From positions 1 through 63,189 of the forward strand of contig JAAZJO010000004.1 in assembly GCA_012800315.1 (NCBI GenBank): a stretch of DNA of 63,189 bases, written 5' to 3'. The translations under genes were made by a program, and so were the position numbers. The notes beneath the pieces are model-generated. The model was given only the letters and a program-made list of their open reading frames with translations. It had not been told where the DNA came from and searched no databases. Of the stretch, positions 39,202-49,448 are shown in pieces; within the stretch, counting starts at the first letter, position 1; every line of letters starts with the position of its first letter. The DNA comes from Candidatus Falkowbacteria bacterium (GTDB taxonomy: Bacteria; Patescibacteriota; Patescibacteriia; Patescibacteriales; UBA12465).

Positions 39202-39927
39202 ATGGAAAAATCAAACAAACTTATTATTTTTGGTCTTATTTTAGGCGTGAGTCTTATCGCGGCCTCAGTCATTGTGGCGCGCACCTTCTTAGATGTGAGA
39301 AAGCTTGATAACACAGTGGTTGTCTCTGGTTCAGCGAAAAAAGAAGTGACTGCTGATTCAGCTCGTTGGACTGGTAATTTTTCTCGCACTGTTACTAAAG
39401 AGCAAATGAAAGAGGGTTATAATCAAATGAAAGCTGATGAGAAGATTGTTAATAATTTTCTTATCGCCCAAGGATTTACTGCTGAGCAAATTGAAATTTC
39501 GCCGGTGTTTATGAGCGAAATGTATAATTACAGAAACAATGAAACTGTTAAGGAGTATAATTTAACTCAGAATGTGTCCATTAAATCAGATGATGTTTAT
39601 AAAATGAAAGAATTAGCTAAAAATAGCGATAAGTTAGCTGAGCAAGGAGTTTTATTTTTTGCTAATTCTGTAGAATATTATTATTCAGAATTACCAGAAG
39701 TAAGAGTGTCGCTATTACCAGAAGCAATTAAGGACGCTAAAGCGCGTGCGGAAGCAATTGCGGCTAGCAGTGGTAAAAAGGTTGATGCCATCAAATCAGT
39801 TTCCATGGGTGTTGTTCAGGTGATGACTGCCGGTGCAATTGAAATTTCTGACTACGGCCTATATGATACTTCAAGCATAGAGAAGGAAGTTATGGTAACT
39901 GTTAAGGCTAACTTCAATTTAAAATAA
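39202..39927 (+). CDS. SIMPL (DUF541) domain protein
   Basis: N-terminal TM segment; VVSGSAKKEVTAD; AIKDAKARAEAIA; VTVKANF. Confidence 0.85.
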   Translation: MEKSNKLIIFGLILGVSLIAASVIVARTFLDVRKLDNTVVVSGSAKKEVTADSARWTGNFSRTVTKEQMKEGYNQMKADEKIVNNFLIAQGFTAEQIEISPVFMSEMYNYRNNETVKEYNLTQNVSIKSDDVYKMKELAKNSDKLAEQGVLFFANSVEYYYSELPEVRVSLLPEAIKDAKARAEAIAASSGKKVDAIKSVSMGVVQVMTAGAIEISDYGLYDTSSIEKEVMVTVKANFNLK

Positions 39928-39959
39928 ATTTACTTTTAGTCAATTTATTTAATAATTTT

Positions 39960-39989
39960 AAAAGACCGCCATAAAAACGGCGGTCTTTT
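39960..39989 (+). terminator. Rho-independent terminator
   Basis: AAAAGACCGCC-ATAAAAAC-GGCGGTCTTTT. Confidence 0.85.
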
Positions 39990-40069
39990 AATTTATAGGC
40001 TATATGTTATGATAATATTGATATTTTTTGAAAAATTTATTAAAATTACAGAAAAATTTTAAGGTTTTT

Positions 40070-41905
40070 ATGGCTCAACTTTTTCAATTAAAATCAGATT
40101 TTAAGCCGGCTGGAGATCAGCCAGAAGCGATTAAAAAGCTCTTAAAAGGAATAGAGTCTGGTTTTGATTGTCAAACTCTTTTGGGTGTTACTGGTTCAGG
40201 AAAGACTTTTACAATGGCTAATATTATTGAAAAGCAAAATAGGCCAATTTTAGTAATTGCTCCAAACAAATCTTTAGCAGCACAATTATATCGTGAATAT
40301 AAAAATTTTTTTCCGAATAACGCTGTTCATTATTTTGTTTCTTATTATGATTATTATCAGCCAGAAGCCTATCTACCGATTACCGATACTTATATTGATA
40401 AAGAAGCCATGATTAATCAGGAGATTGATCGTTTACGTCATGGGGCAACTTCAGCTTTAATGACTCGTCGTGATGTAATTATTGTTGCCTCTGTTTCCTG
40501 TATTTATAATTTAGGAGTGCCTTTAACTTATTTAGAATCACGTTTAGTTTTAGAAAAAGGGAAAATAATTGTTCGTTCTGATTTAATAAAACAATTAGTA
40601 AAAATTCAGTTTGAGCGCGTTAATGGTGAAATTAAGCGTGGACAATTTCGCGTACGGGGTGATGTTTTTGAAATTAGACCGATGTCAGAAAATATTATCT
40701 ATCGCCTAGAGTTAAAGAATCAAGAAATTTTTTCTTTAAGCATTATTGATAATATTACTAAAAATATCCTTAATAATTTAGAGGAAATTATTATTTTTCC
40801 GCCTAAACATTTTATTTCTAATGCACCACAAATCAGTACTGCTCTTAAAAATATTCAAGCAGAATTAAAAGATCGTTTAACTTATTTTAAAAAGAAAGGT
40901 TTATCATTAGAAGCTGATAGATTAGAGCGTCGTACTAAATATGATATGGAAATGCTGCAGTCTTTGGGCTATTGTCATGGTATTGAAAACTATTCCCGGC
41001 ACTTAAGTGGAAAATTAGCAGGAGAAGCGCCAGATTCGCTTTTGAGTTATTTCCCGCAGAAAAATGGTCAACCAGATTTTTTAACGATTATTGATGAATC
41101 TCATATTACCATTCCCCAAATTAGGGGCATGTATAATGGTGACCAGGCTCGTAAGCAAAATTTAATTAAATATGGTTGGCGTTTGCCGTCAGCCCTAGAT
41201 AATCGGCCATTAAAATTTCTGGAGTTTAAAAAAAGAGTTGGGCAAATGATTTTTACCACCGCAACACCAGGTGATTATGAAAATAAAAATTCAAAACAAG
41301 TAGTTGAACAGGTAATTCGTCCGACTGGTTTAGTTGATCCAGTAGTAGAAGTTCGTCCGGTTTTTAATAAAGAGGAAAATTATAGCCAGATTAACGATGT
41401 ATTGGCTGAAGTAATTAAAATTTCTGAATTAAATGAGCGAGCGATTATTAATACCTTAACAAAAAAACAAGCAGAAGATTTACATGTTTATTTAGAGGGT
41501 AAGGGGATAAAAACTAATTATTTACATTCTGATATTAAAACTTTTGAACGTACGGAAATTTTAAAGAACTTTCGGGAAGGGAAGTTTAATGTTTTAATTG
41601 GGGTTAATCTTTTGCGAGAAGGTTTAGATTTGCCAGAAGTGACTTTAGTAGCAATTTTAGATGCTGATCGCGAGGGTTTTTTACGTAGTCAAACTTCATT
41701 AATGCAAACTATGGGACGGGCGGCTAGAAATGTAAAAGGGAAAATTATTCTGTATGCTGATAAAATTACCGATTCTATGCGCCGCGCGATTAATGAAGCG
41801 GATCGTAGACGAGACAAGCAGTTGGCTTATAATAAAAAACATCACATTATACCTCAGAATATTCATAAAAAGATTGAGGAATTTTTAGATATTATTGAAG
41901 AATAA
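40070..41905 (+). CDS. uvrB: Excinuclease ABC subunit B (no C-terminal UVR domain)
   Basis: [47 protein letters not shown]; start placed at ATG 40070. Confidence 0.96.
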   Translation: MAQLFQLKSDFKPAGDQPEAIKKLLKGIESGFDCQTLLGVTGSGKTFTMANIIEKQNRPILVIAPNKSLAAQLYREYKNFFPNNAVHYFVSYYDYYQPEAYLPITDTYIDKEAMINQEIDRLRHGATSALMTRRDVIIVASVSCIYNLGVPLTYLESRLVLEKGKIIVRSDLIKQLVKIQFERVNGEIKRGQFRVRGDVFEIRPMSENIIYRLELKNQEIFSLSIIDNITKNILNNLEEIIIFPPKHFISNAPQISTALKNIQAELKDRLTYFKKKGLSLEADRLERRTKYDMEMLQSLGYCHGIENYSRHLSGKLAGEAPDSLLSYFPQKNGQPDFLTIIDESHITIPQIRGMYNGDQARKQNLIKYGWRLPSALDNRPLKFLEFKKRVGQMIFTTATPGDYENKNSKQVVEQVIRPTGLVDPVVEVRPVFNKEENYSQINDVLAEVIKISELNERAIINTLTKKQAEDLHVYLEGKGIKTNYLHSDIKTFERTEILKNFREGKFNVLIGVNLLREGLDLPEVTLVAILDADREGFLRSQTSLMQTMGRAARNVKGKIILYADKITDSMRRAINEADRRRDKQLAYNKKHHIIPQNIHKKIEEFLDIIEE

Positions 41906-41925
41906 AAAATATAACATTAAATAAA

Positions 41926-44436
41926 ATGTTAGATAATAATAAGTTGATTATCCGTGGCGCACGGACACACAATTTAAAAAATATTAATTTAGAAATACCG
42001 CATAATAAACTAACGGTGATCACTGGTGTTTCTGGTAGCGGTAAATCATCGCTAGCTTTTGATACTATTTTTGCTGAGGGGCAAAGAGAATATGTTGAAT
42101 CTTTGTCGCCTTATATGCGTCAATTTTTAAGTCAGAAAAAGCCAGCTGATGTTGATGAAATAATTGGTTTAGCCCCATCAATTTCAATTGACCAAAAAGC
42201 TTTATCACATAATCCGCGCTCAACGGTTGGTACTTTAACTGATATTTATAATTATTTACGAGTTTTATATGCTCGGGTTGGTGAAGTTTTTTGTCCACTA
42301 TGTGGCACGAAAATAGAAAAATTATCAACTGAAGAAATGGTTGATATTTTGCTTGAGCGCGGTGCTGAATTTGGCGAGGCAGAGGTTACTATTTTTTCTC
42401 CAGTTGTACGTGATCGCAAGGGTGATTATTATCAAGTGCTTTATAATTATTTATCACTTGGTTTTAGTGAGGCGCGTATTGATGGAGCAATTTATTCTTT
42501 AAGGGATAGAATAAAGTTGGCGCCGAAACAGAAACATGATATTGAAATTTTAATTGATCGGGTAATGCTTAATGATCAAACACGCTTATTTGAAGCAGTG
42601 GAGAATGCTTTAGATTATAGCAAAGGGTTGTTGATTGCTAAATACAAAAAACAAGAATTTTTATTATCCGCTAACTGGACTTGCCCGAATGATAATTTTT
42701 CTTTTCCCGAAGTGGAGCCACGTCTATTTTCTTTTAATTCACCACAAGGAGCTTGCCCAGAATGTTCTGGTTTGGGGCGTACTAGTTTTTTTGCTAAAAA
42801 TAAATGTCCAAAATGTCAGGGTGATCGTCTAAGGCCAGAGGCTTTGGCGGTGAGGGTGGCTGGTAAAAATTTAGCGGAAGTGAGTAAATTGCCAATTGAT
42901 AAATTATTAGATTTTTTTAATCGTTATTTTGAAAAAATGACTAAGCGGCAAAGAGTGATCGCGGAAAATGTAGTTGTTCAAATTATTAGTCGTCTAGAAT
43001 TTTTACTTAAAGTCGGTTTAAATTATTTATCCTTAGCTCGGGAAGCATATACTTTATCAGGCGGTGAAGCACAACGCATTCGTTTATCTTCACAAATTGG
43101 TTCCAACCTTTCACGAACGCTTTATGTTCTTGATGAACCAACAATTGGTTTACATGAACGTGATACTGAGCGCTTAATTGATGCTTTAAAAAAATTACGT
43201 GATAAAAATAATACGGTAATTATTGTTGAACATGATGAAAAAACTATTTTAGAAGCTGATTATTTAGTTGATCTAGGGCCATTAGCTGGGGTACATGGTG
43301 GAGAAGTAGTAGCTAGTGGCAATATTAAAGATTTATTAGATCAGAAAAAAAATAAAACTTTCTTTGAGAAATCGCTAACTATTCAATATCTTAGTGGTCA
43401 GGAGAAAATTGATTTACCAGTAAAGCGTCGTAGTCAAAATCATGGCTCATTAAAGATTATTGGCGCTCATGCTAATAATCTAAAAAATATAAAAGTAACA
43501 ATACCGCTAGGGCGCTTAGTTGGTATTAGCGGGGTATCTGGTTCAGGAAAATCATCTTTATTTGAGGTTATTCACAAGAATGTTTCGCGTTTGAAAAATC
43601 ATCCAGGGAAGGTGAAGCTAGAAAATGTAACTGAAATAAAGGGGGTTGAATATTTAAATAAAATTGTAGTGATAGATCAGTCGCCAATTGGTCGCACACC
43701 ACGTTCTAATCCAGCTACCTATACCGGCATTTTTACTCCAATTCGTGATTTCTTCGCTTCTTTGCCTGAATCTCGGGAAAGAGGTTATTCTATAGGTCGT
43801 TTCTCTTTTAATCGCGCTGGAGGGCGTTGTGAGGCCTGTCAGGGAGCAGGGGCGAACCTAATTGAGATGCATTTTTTGCCTCCAGTATTAGTTGAGTGTG
43901 ATGTTTGTCGTGGTAAACGTTTTAACCGTGAAACTTTACAAGTAAAATATAAAGGAAAGAATATTGCTGAAGTTTTAGAGATGACGATTGATGAGGCGAT
44001 TCAGTATTTTGAAGGTAATTATTTTATTACTGATAAATTAAAAGTTTTACAATCAGTTGGCTTAGGGTATATTAAAATTGGTCAAAGTGCCACCACTTTA
44101 TCAGGCGGTGAAGCACAACGAATAAAAATAGCGAAAGAATTAACACATACTTTAGGTAAACGAACTTTATATTTATTAGATGAGCCGACGACGGGTTTGC
44201 ATTATCACGATATTAATATGCTTTTATCAGTTTTGAATCAATTAGTGGAAAAAGGCAATTCGGTTTTAGTAATTGAGCATAATATGCATATATTAAAATC
44301 AATGGATTATATTATTGATTTAGGACCGGATGGCGGAGAGAGTGGTGGACGTCTGGTTGCTGCTGGGGAGCCAGAAGATATTATACGTGAACCAAAAAGT
44401 ATTACTGGAAAATATTTAAAGGAATATTTAAAATAA
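41926..44436 (+). CDS. uvrA: Excinuclease ABC subunit A (836 aa, insertion domain absent)
   Basis: Two ABC modules ([23 protein letters not shown]), Zn fingers, [12 protein letters not shown]. Confidence 0.96.
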   Translation: MLDNNKLIIRGARTHNLKNINLEIPHNKLTVITGVSGSGKSSLAFDTIFAEGQREYVESLSPYMRQFLSQKKPADVDEIIGLAPSISIDQKALSHNPRSTVGTLTDIYNYLRVLYARVGEVFCPLCGTKIEKLSTEEMVDILLERGAEFGEAEVTIFSPVVRDRKGDYYQVLYNYLSLGFSEARIDGAIYSLRDRIKLAPKQKHDIEILIDRVMLNDQTRLFEAVENALDYSKGLLIAKYKKQEFLLSANWTCPNDNFSFPEVEPRLFSFNSPQGACPECSGLGRTSFFAKNKCPKCQGDRLRPEALAVRVAGKNLAEVSKLPIDKLLDFFNRYFEKMTKRQRVIAENVVVQIISRLEFLLKVGLNYLSLAREAYTLSGGEAQRIRLSSQIGSNLSRTLYVLDEPTIGLHERDTERLIDALKKLRDKNNTVIIVEHDEKTILEADYLVDLGPLAGVHGGEVVASGNIKDLLDQKKNKTFFEKSLTIQYLSGQEKIDLPVKRRSQNHGSLKIIGAHANNLKNIKVTIPLGRLVGISGVSGSGKSSLFEVIHKNVSRLKNHPGKVKLENVTEIKGVEYLNKIVVIDQSPIGRTPRSNPATYTGIFTPIRDFFASLPESRERGYSIGRFSFNRAGGRCEACQGAGANLIEMHFLPPVLVECDVCRGKRFNRETLQVKYKGKNIAEVLEMTIDEAIQYFEGNYFITDKLKVLQSVGLGYIKIGQSATTLSGGEAQRIKIAKELTHTLGKRTLYLLDEPTTGLHYHDINMLLSVLNQLVEKGNSVLVIEHNMHILKSMDYIIDLGPDGGESGGRLVAAGEPEDIIREPKSITGKYLKEYLK

Positions 44437-44464
44437 AAAAGGGTGAATCTTACGAAACACCCTT
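44431..44464 (-). terminator. Rho-independent terminator of the minus-strand RNA
   Basis: Minus strand AAGGGUG-UUUC-GUAA-GAUU-CACCCUU followed by UUUUAUUU; no U-tract on the plus strand. Confidence 0.8.
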
Positions 44465-44603
44465 ATAAAGGACATTAGTCTCTGCAACCTACGTATATAT
44501 AATTATTAACTAATTAAACAAATATTATTATGGCAGAAACTTTGGGGTATACGCAGGTCTTCCGACCCATGCCCTTTTAATAACTCTTTTCTTTAAAGTA
44601 ACC
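44431..44603 (-). ncRNA. Putative small non-coding RNA, rod-shaped (6S RNA-like candidate)
   Basis: Has its own promoter and terminator. Nested stems AAAGGGCA/UGUCCUUU and GACCUGCGUAUA/UAUACGUAGGUU contain G-U pairs that are valid only on the minus strand. Confidence 0.6.
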
Positions 44604-44609
44604 AAGAAT

Positions 44610-44638
44610 AGTATATTATTTTTTTAATTTTTTGTCAA
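44610..44638 (-). promoter_or_regulatory. Consensus sigma70 promoter, minus strand
   Basis: TTGACA(44638-44633)-17 nt-TATACT(44615-44610). Confidence 0.8.
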
Positions 44639-44673
44639 GGGCATAACGATGAATAAATAAAGATATTAATAAA

Positions 44674-45855
44674 ATGGCTAAAATAAGCAAAAAAATATCT
44701 AAAATAGATAGTTTAAAAAGTAAATTAAAAACCGTTCCTGAAAGTCCAGGGATTTATTTTTGGTATGATAAAAAAGGAGTTATTTTATATATTGGTCGGT
44801 CAAATAATTTAAAAAATCGTTTAAGTCAATATTTTCAAAAAAATATTTCACCACGCATCGCGGAAATGCTTGCCTTAGCTACTGATGTTAAATATAAAGT
44901 TACTGAAACTTTATTGGAAGCGATAATTTTGGAAGCAAAAAATATTAAAAAATTTTGGCCGAAATATAATATTGTTGATCGCGATGATCGCTCGTTTATT
45001 TATTTAATAATTCCCAAGACTAGTTTTGCTAAACCATTAATTGTTCGGGGCAGTGATTTAAAAAAAATTCCTACCGCTCAAGCAAAAATATTTGGACCCT
45101 ATCAATCAGTTTATTTATTACAAAGCGCTTTACGTTTGCTTAGACGAATTTTCCCCTACGGAAATTGCACACCGCATAGTGGCAAGGCTTGTTTTGATTA
45201 TCAAATTGGGCTTTGTCCAGGTGGCTGTATTGATGCTATTTCTGCCAAAGATTATCAAAAGAATATTGATAGTCTTTGTTTGCTATTAGCTGGAGAAAAA
45301 AAGCGCTTAATTACTAAGCTAATGAAGGAGAATCCTAATAAGATTAAGGCTTTGCGTCATATTCAAGATGTTTCTTTGTTGATTCGCGAGGATAATTTAA
45401 GGGAGGTAAAAATAAATCGCCTTGAAGGTTATGATATTTCTCATCATGCTGGTAAAGAAAGTTATGGCGCAATGGCAGTGTTTGAAAATGGGGAGGCTAA
45501 TAAAAATGAATACAGGCTATTTAAAATTAAAGAAGCGCCGGGCGGTGATGATGAAAGAGCCTTGGCTGAAGTTTTACTTAGACGCTTTAAGCATAGCGAA
45601 TGGCCGAAACCAGATATTATTATGATTGATGGTGGTTCGCCGCAGATAAGTTTTTTATCCAAAGTGTTTAAAAAAAATAATATCACTGTACCAATCGTGG
45701 GTATTTCTAAACTTGCTGGTGATAAGTTAGTTTTTCCGGCTGGAACTAAAAAAGAATTAAAAGAGTTGGCTGAGAATATTAAAGCAACATTACTAAAATT
45801 ACGTGAAGAAGCACATCGTTTTGCTAATTATGGAAGAAGGAGGGCAAAGTCTTGA
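44674..45855 (+). CDS. uvrC: Excinuclease ABC subunit C, short form
   Basis: GIY-YIG PESPGIY..LYIGRSNNLKNRL, Cys cluster, RLEGYDISH, PDIIMIDGG, LREEAHRFA. Confidence 0.9.
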   Translation: MAKISKKISKIDSLKSKLKTVPESPGIYFWYDKKGVILYIGRSNNLKNRLSQYFQKNISPRIAEMLALATDVKYKVTETLLEAIILEAKNIKKFWPKYNIVDRDDRSFIYLIIPKTSFAKPLIVRGSDLKKIPTAQAKIFGPYQSVYLLQSALRLLRRIFPYGNCTPHSGKACFDYQIGLCPGGCIDAISAKDYQKNIDSLCLLLAGEKKRLITKLMKENPNKIKALRHIQDVSLLIREDNLREVKINRLEGYDISHHAGKESYGAMAVFENGEANKNEYRLFKIKEAPGGDDERALAEVLLRRFKHSEWPKPDIIMIDGGSPQISFLSKVFKKNNITVPIVGISKLAGDKLVFPAGTKKELKELAENIKATLLKLREEAHRFANYGRRRAKS

Positions 45856-45879
45856 CAAAAATCTTTAATTTGTTAAGAT
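45852..45879 (+). promoter_or_regulatory. Promoter of rplJL, overlapping the uvrC stop codon
   Basis: TTGACA-16-TAAGAT. Confidence 0.55.
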
Positions 45880-45901
45880 AAAGTCATAATAAATAATTTT
45901 T

Positions 45902-45987
45902 ACCACAGACAGCTAGCTTGATACATTAGTATCTTTAAGTCTCGCCGAGGTATAAATCCGCTTTTTAAGCGTTTTCTCGTCTGTGGT
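45902..45987 (+). promoter_or_regulatory. Ribosomal protein L10 leader (autoregulatory RNA)
   Basis: ACCACAGACAG...CGCCGAGG...CTCGTCTGTGGT upstream of rplJ, matching the L10 leader pattern (AGACAG / CCGAGG / GUCU). Confidence 0.8.
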
Positions 45988-46030
45988 CACACAGATTTTT
46001 TTATATAAAATCGTTTAATATTAATAATAT

Positions 46031-46561
46031 ATGCCTAAGAATAAAATTCAAAAACAAGAAATTTTACGCAATTTAAGCGAAAAAATTAAAAAGTCAAAGT
46101 CAGTGGTTTTTGTTGGTTTTAATGCTTTAACGGTTAAAGATAATGAAATTCTGCGCGCTCAACTTCGTAAGGAAAATAGCGAATATTATGTGGCTAAAAA
46201 AACTTTAATGAATATCGCTTTTAAAGACCAGATCGCTGATTTAAATGTTCGTGAAATGGATGGTAAATTAGCAGTTATTTTTTCTTATGAAGATGAAGTA
46301 GCGCCAGCGAAAATTTTAGGAAATTTCCGCAAAGACAAAGAGAGGGAGGATCGCATTTTCTTTTTAGGCGGTATTTTAGAAAATAAATTAATCACTAAAG
46401 ATGAGGTAGAGGCTTTAGCAAAATTACCAAGCAAGCAAGAATTATATGGTCGTTTAGTTGGCTCTTTGAATTCTCCTGTTTCTGGTTTTGTTAATGTTTT
46501 GGCGGGTAATTTAAGAAATCTAGTTTATGTTTTAAAAGCTGTCTCCGAAAAGAAAGCTTAA
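46031..46561 (+). CDS. rplJ: 50S ribosomal protein L10
   Basis: [27 protein letters not shown]. Confidence 0.95.
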   Translation: MPKNKIQKQEILRNLSEKIKKSKSVVFVGFNALTVKDNEILRAQLRKENSEYYVAKKTLMNIAFKDQIADLNVREMDGKLAVIFSYEDEVAPAKILGNFRKDKEREDRIFFLGGILENKLITKDEVEALAKLPSKQELYGRLVGSLNSPVSGFVNVLAGNLRNLVYVLKAVSEKKA

Positions 46562-46607
46562 TAAAGAAAGTTTAATAATAATTAATAATAAATTTAATTT
46601 TAAATCT

Positions 46608-47009
46608 ATGGAAGAAAAAAATGTTGTCGTCCCAGCTAAATTTGAAAAGTTGGTAGGCGAAATTGAAAAAATGAGCGTTTTAGATTTAGCTGAGCTCGTT
46701 AAAATCTTAGAAGAAAAGTTTGGCGTGAGTGCAGCCGCTCCAGTGATGGCTATGGCTCCTGGTGCAGCCGCCGGTGCAGCCGCTCCAGCTGAGGAAAAAG
46801 ATAGTTTTGATGTGGAAATTACTGAGGCTGGTGCTAATAAGATTAATGTTATTAAAGCAGTTCGCGAATTAACTGAATTAGGCTTAAAAGAGGCTAAGGA
46901 TTTAGTTGATGCTGCTCCTAAGGTTTTAAAGGAAGGGGTTAAAAAAGCAGAGGCTGAGGAAATGAAGAAGAAATTAGAAGAAGCTGGCGCTAAAGTAACT
47001 TTGAAATAA
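46608..47009 (+). CDS. rplL: 50S ribosomal protein L7/L12
   Basis: [38 protein letters not shown]. Confidence 0.97.
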   Translation: MEEKNVVVPAKFEKLVGEIEKMSVLDLAELVKILEEKFGVSAAAPVMAMAPGAAAGAAAPAEEKDSFDVEITEAGANKINVIKAVRELTELGLKEAKDLVDAAPKVLKEGVKKAEAEEMKKKLEEAGAKVTLK

Positions 47010-47040
47010 AATTTAGCTTAGCTAAGAATTTAATCTTTTA

Positions 47041-47069
47041 ATAAAAACGCCCTTGAAGGGCGTTTTTAT
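47041..47069. terminator. Bidirectional terminator
   Basis: ATAAAAACGCCC-TTGAA-GGGCGTTTTTAT. Confidence 0.85.
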
Positions 47070-47091
47070 ATTAGTCTTTTTATTTCTTTAT

Positions 47092-49362
47092 TTATTGCTT
47101 CAAAGAAATTTTATAAATTAATTCATCAGCTAAGAAGTAGGCGGTCTTATTTTTTTCATCAACAGCAAAGTCAACTGGAGATAAAGAATCAACTTGGTAT
47201 TGGTTCATAAGATGTCCGTCTTTTATTGCTAAAACTGCTAGTCGTTTTGATTCAGCGTCAAAGAGATAGAGATAGTTTGTCCCGACAATTATCTTATCAG
47301 CTGACATTTCTGGTGAAATAGCGGTCGTTAAATAATCTTCCTTTTTATATAAATGGAATTTTGAAACTTCACCATTATCGTTTAGAGTATAAATACTACC
47401 GTCAATAGATATGTCCACTACTTGGCTTAAATCAACATTTTCTTTTAGCCAATCTGACTTAGAATCATATTTTTTTGCCCCAGTATTATAGGAATAGCGA
47501 AAGATTTGATTTTGGTTTTTAGCTAAAATATAAAGATAGGTATTCCGACCATTATTAAAAATGTCATAAATTACTTTTTCTTCAAGAGAAGTGCCAGCGT
47601 CTAGTTCAGTTACATCTGCTTGATTATTTTTTAAATTATATTTAACAATTTTTCCATCTGCCCAATAGTAAATAAAACCTTTTCTATCAAAACGAGGATT
47701 GCTTAAATTAGTCACATTATTAACCTCAAGACGGCTAGACTCTAAATTTCCAGGCATAATGCTGTAAATCATTTTTCCACCAGCCGCATAAAGTTTATCA
47801 TTAGCCCAAATAAGATTAGATACTGCTAAGCCGCTTAGATCATTAACCTTTTCTGGTTCATCAATGCGTACTATTTTTTGAATTTTATCAGCTTGGTTGT
47901 TAAAGGTATTATTAAAGCGATCATAAATTATTTTTTGATCATCTTTTTCTTTAGGCAAGGTCGCTAATAATTCACTAATTTCTATTAAGGTTTTTTTAGC
48001 ATCTTTTTCATTATCATAAAGTATTAAAGAGTCAATATAAGCCTGTTTTTCACTAATAGCTGAAACTAAATTACTATATTCAACCTTAGCTGTTTCTCGC
48101 TTTTTGTGAATAGAGGTGATTGTTAGACTACCTGTAAAAATGATAATTAATAAGATGAGAACTAAAAATAAACGACGATTTCTTTTCTCCATTTGAGCAA
48201 AACGATCTTTTATTTTTGATGTTAAATTGGTAAATAAGTTAGTATGAAATATGCCAGACAGGGAAGTTAGTATTTTTTTAAATTTTGCACCAATTTGACT
48301 CGGTCTCTTTTTAAAGATTATTTGTTCTTTAATTAGAAAAGAATCAGCTCGCACCATGTTATTCATGGTGTTTACTTTATCCAGATTAACTGTTTTGGCT
48401 GTTTCTTCTTTTTCCTCGGCTGGCCGATAAACTTTTTTCGGTAGGGCCTTTGCTTTTGGTTTTATTTTTTCAATAAATTGTTTAAAGCCCCGGCAAATAT
48501 CAGAGAAATTAATTAAACCAGCTGGAGCCAACATTCTTTCAGTTTTTTTCTCAGTATAATTAAGGCTAGAAATTGAGCCGTGAGCACTTAAAGATTGTTC
48601 AGTTTCTTCGCGCATTTCCTGATTATCGCCGATAGTATTTTTAATGATAATGCCTAGAAAGGGAATAAAAGAATTTATTTTTCCTAAGACATTTTTTATT
48701 TGTTCGGCGGCTACAATGGGTGGTAATTTAGTTATAATATTAATCATGTCTTGATTGGAAATATATTCAGGCAAGGCCTCATTAGTAAAAACGAAATAAG
48801 AGCTAATTGGAATTTCACCACTAATAACTGAGGAAAAAATGCTAGGCGCTTTAAAATCTGCCCGATCTTCATTAGGGTTTACAGAGTTTTTAACCTCATA
48901 AGCATTAGTTTCAACATTAATTATTTCAAATTGCTCACCGTGGCGATAAATTAAGAGTGCCTTGTTTTTACCAAAGTTAGTGAAGTATAATTTATTTTCA
49001 AAAATAACCCCAAGAGTAATATGAGTAGCTGGAACACTGAGTTTAATTTTTTCTTTTATTAGGAAATCATTTAAATTTTTATTGATTTTAGCGACTACCG
49101 CTTCAAAAATTTTTTCAATTTTTAAACCCTCTATTTTATCGCGGAGGAGAATTTTTTCATCATCGTAATAATTTTCATCAATATTGGAAACTAAAAAATC
49201 CATGATTCTACGTCCTTCATTTTTTTTAGCACCAATTTCAGCGATGATAAACATTTTTCCAGCCAAACCTTCTTTAAATGAGTCGGGCTGAGCAATATAG
49301 ACATCACTAAAGCCATTTGACTTGCCAGAATTTAAAATGATAGAAGAAATTTTATTATACAT
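47092..49362 (-). CDS. Single-pass membrane protein: degenerate PP2C-like cytoplasmic domain plus extracytoplasmic beta-propeller
   Basis: PP2C-like strand/helix order without the catalytic Asp residues, a TM segment (LFLVLILLIIIFTG) and NHL-like repeats (DISIDGSIYTL, DFAVDEKNKTAYF); start placed at ATG 49362. Confidence 0.5.
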   Translation of the reverse strand: MYNKISSIILNSGKSNGFSDVYIAQPDSFKEGLAGKMFIIAEIGAKKNEGRRIMDFLVSNIDENYYDDEKILLRDKIEGLKIEKIFEAVVAKINKNLNDFLIKEKIKLSVPATHITLGVIFENKLYFTNFGKNKALLIYRHGEQFEIINVETNAYEVKNSVNPNEDRADFKAPSIFSSVISGEIPISSYFVFTNEALPEYISNQDMINIITKLPPIVAAEQIKNVLGKINSFIPFLGIIIKNTIGDNQEMREETEQSLSAHGSISSLNYTEKKTERMLAPAGLINFSDICRGFKQFIEKIKPKAKALPKKVYRPAEEKEETAKTVNLDKVNTMNNMVRADSFLIKEQIIFKKRPSQIGAKFKKILTSLSGIFHTNLFTNLTSKIKDRFAQMEKRNRRLFLVLILLIIIFTGSLTITSIHKKRETAKVEYSNLVSAISEKQAYIDSLILYDNEKDAKKTLIEISELLATLPKEKDDQKIIYDRFNNTFNNQADKIQKIVRIDEPEKVNDLSGLAVSNLIWANDKLYAAGGKMIYSIMPGNLESSRLEVNNVTNLSNPRFDRKGFIYYWADGKIVKYNLKNNQADVTELDAGTSLEEKVIYDIFNNGRNTYLYILAKNQNQIFRYSYNTGAKKYDSKSDWLKENVDLSQVVDISIDGSIYTLNDNGEVSKFHLYKKEDYLTTAISPEMSADKIIVGTNYLYLFDAESKRLAVLAIKDGHLMNQYQVDSLSPVDFAVDEKNKTAYFLADELIYKISLKQ

Positions 49363-49448
49363 AAGCAAAATTTCAACCCTTTAGATAAGCTAAATGGATT
49401 GACTGTTTACAAGATATATTATACTATAAATTTATAAATAAAGAAAAT

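Noticed and set aside
43051-44120. Identical 26-nt sequence at both uvrA ABC signatures (43051-43076, 44095-44120)
   Set aside because: It is explained by the conserved TLSGGEAQR peptide plus strong codon bias, and is too short to argue for gene conversion.
44540-44577. SRP (4.5S) RNA identity for the GGUC-GGAA-GACC hairpin
   Set aside because: The helix-8 symmetric-loop motif (CAGG/AGCAG) is absent.
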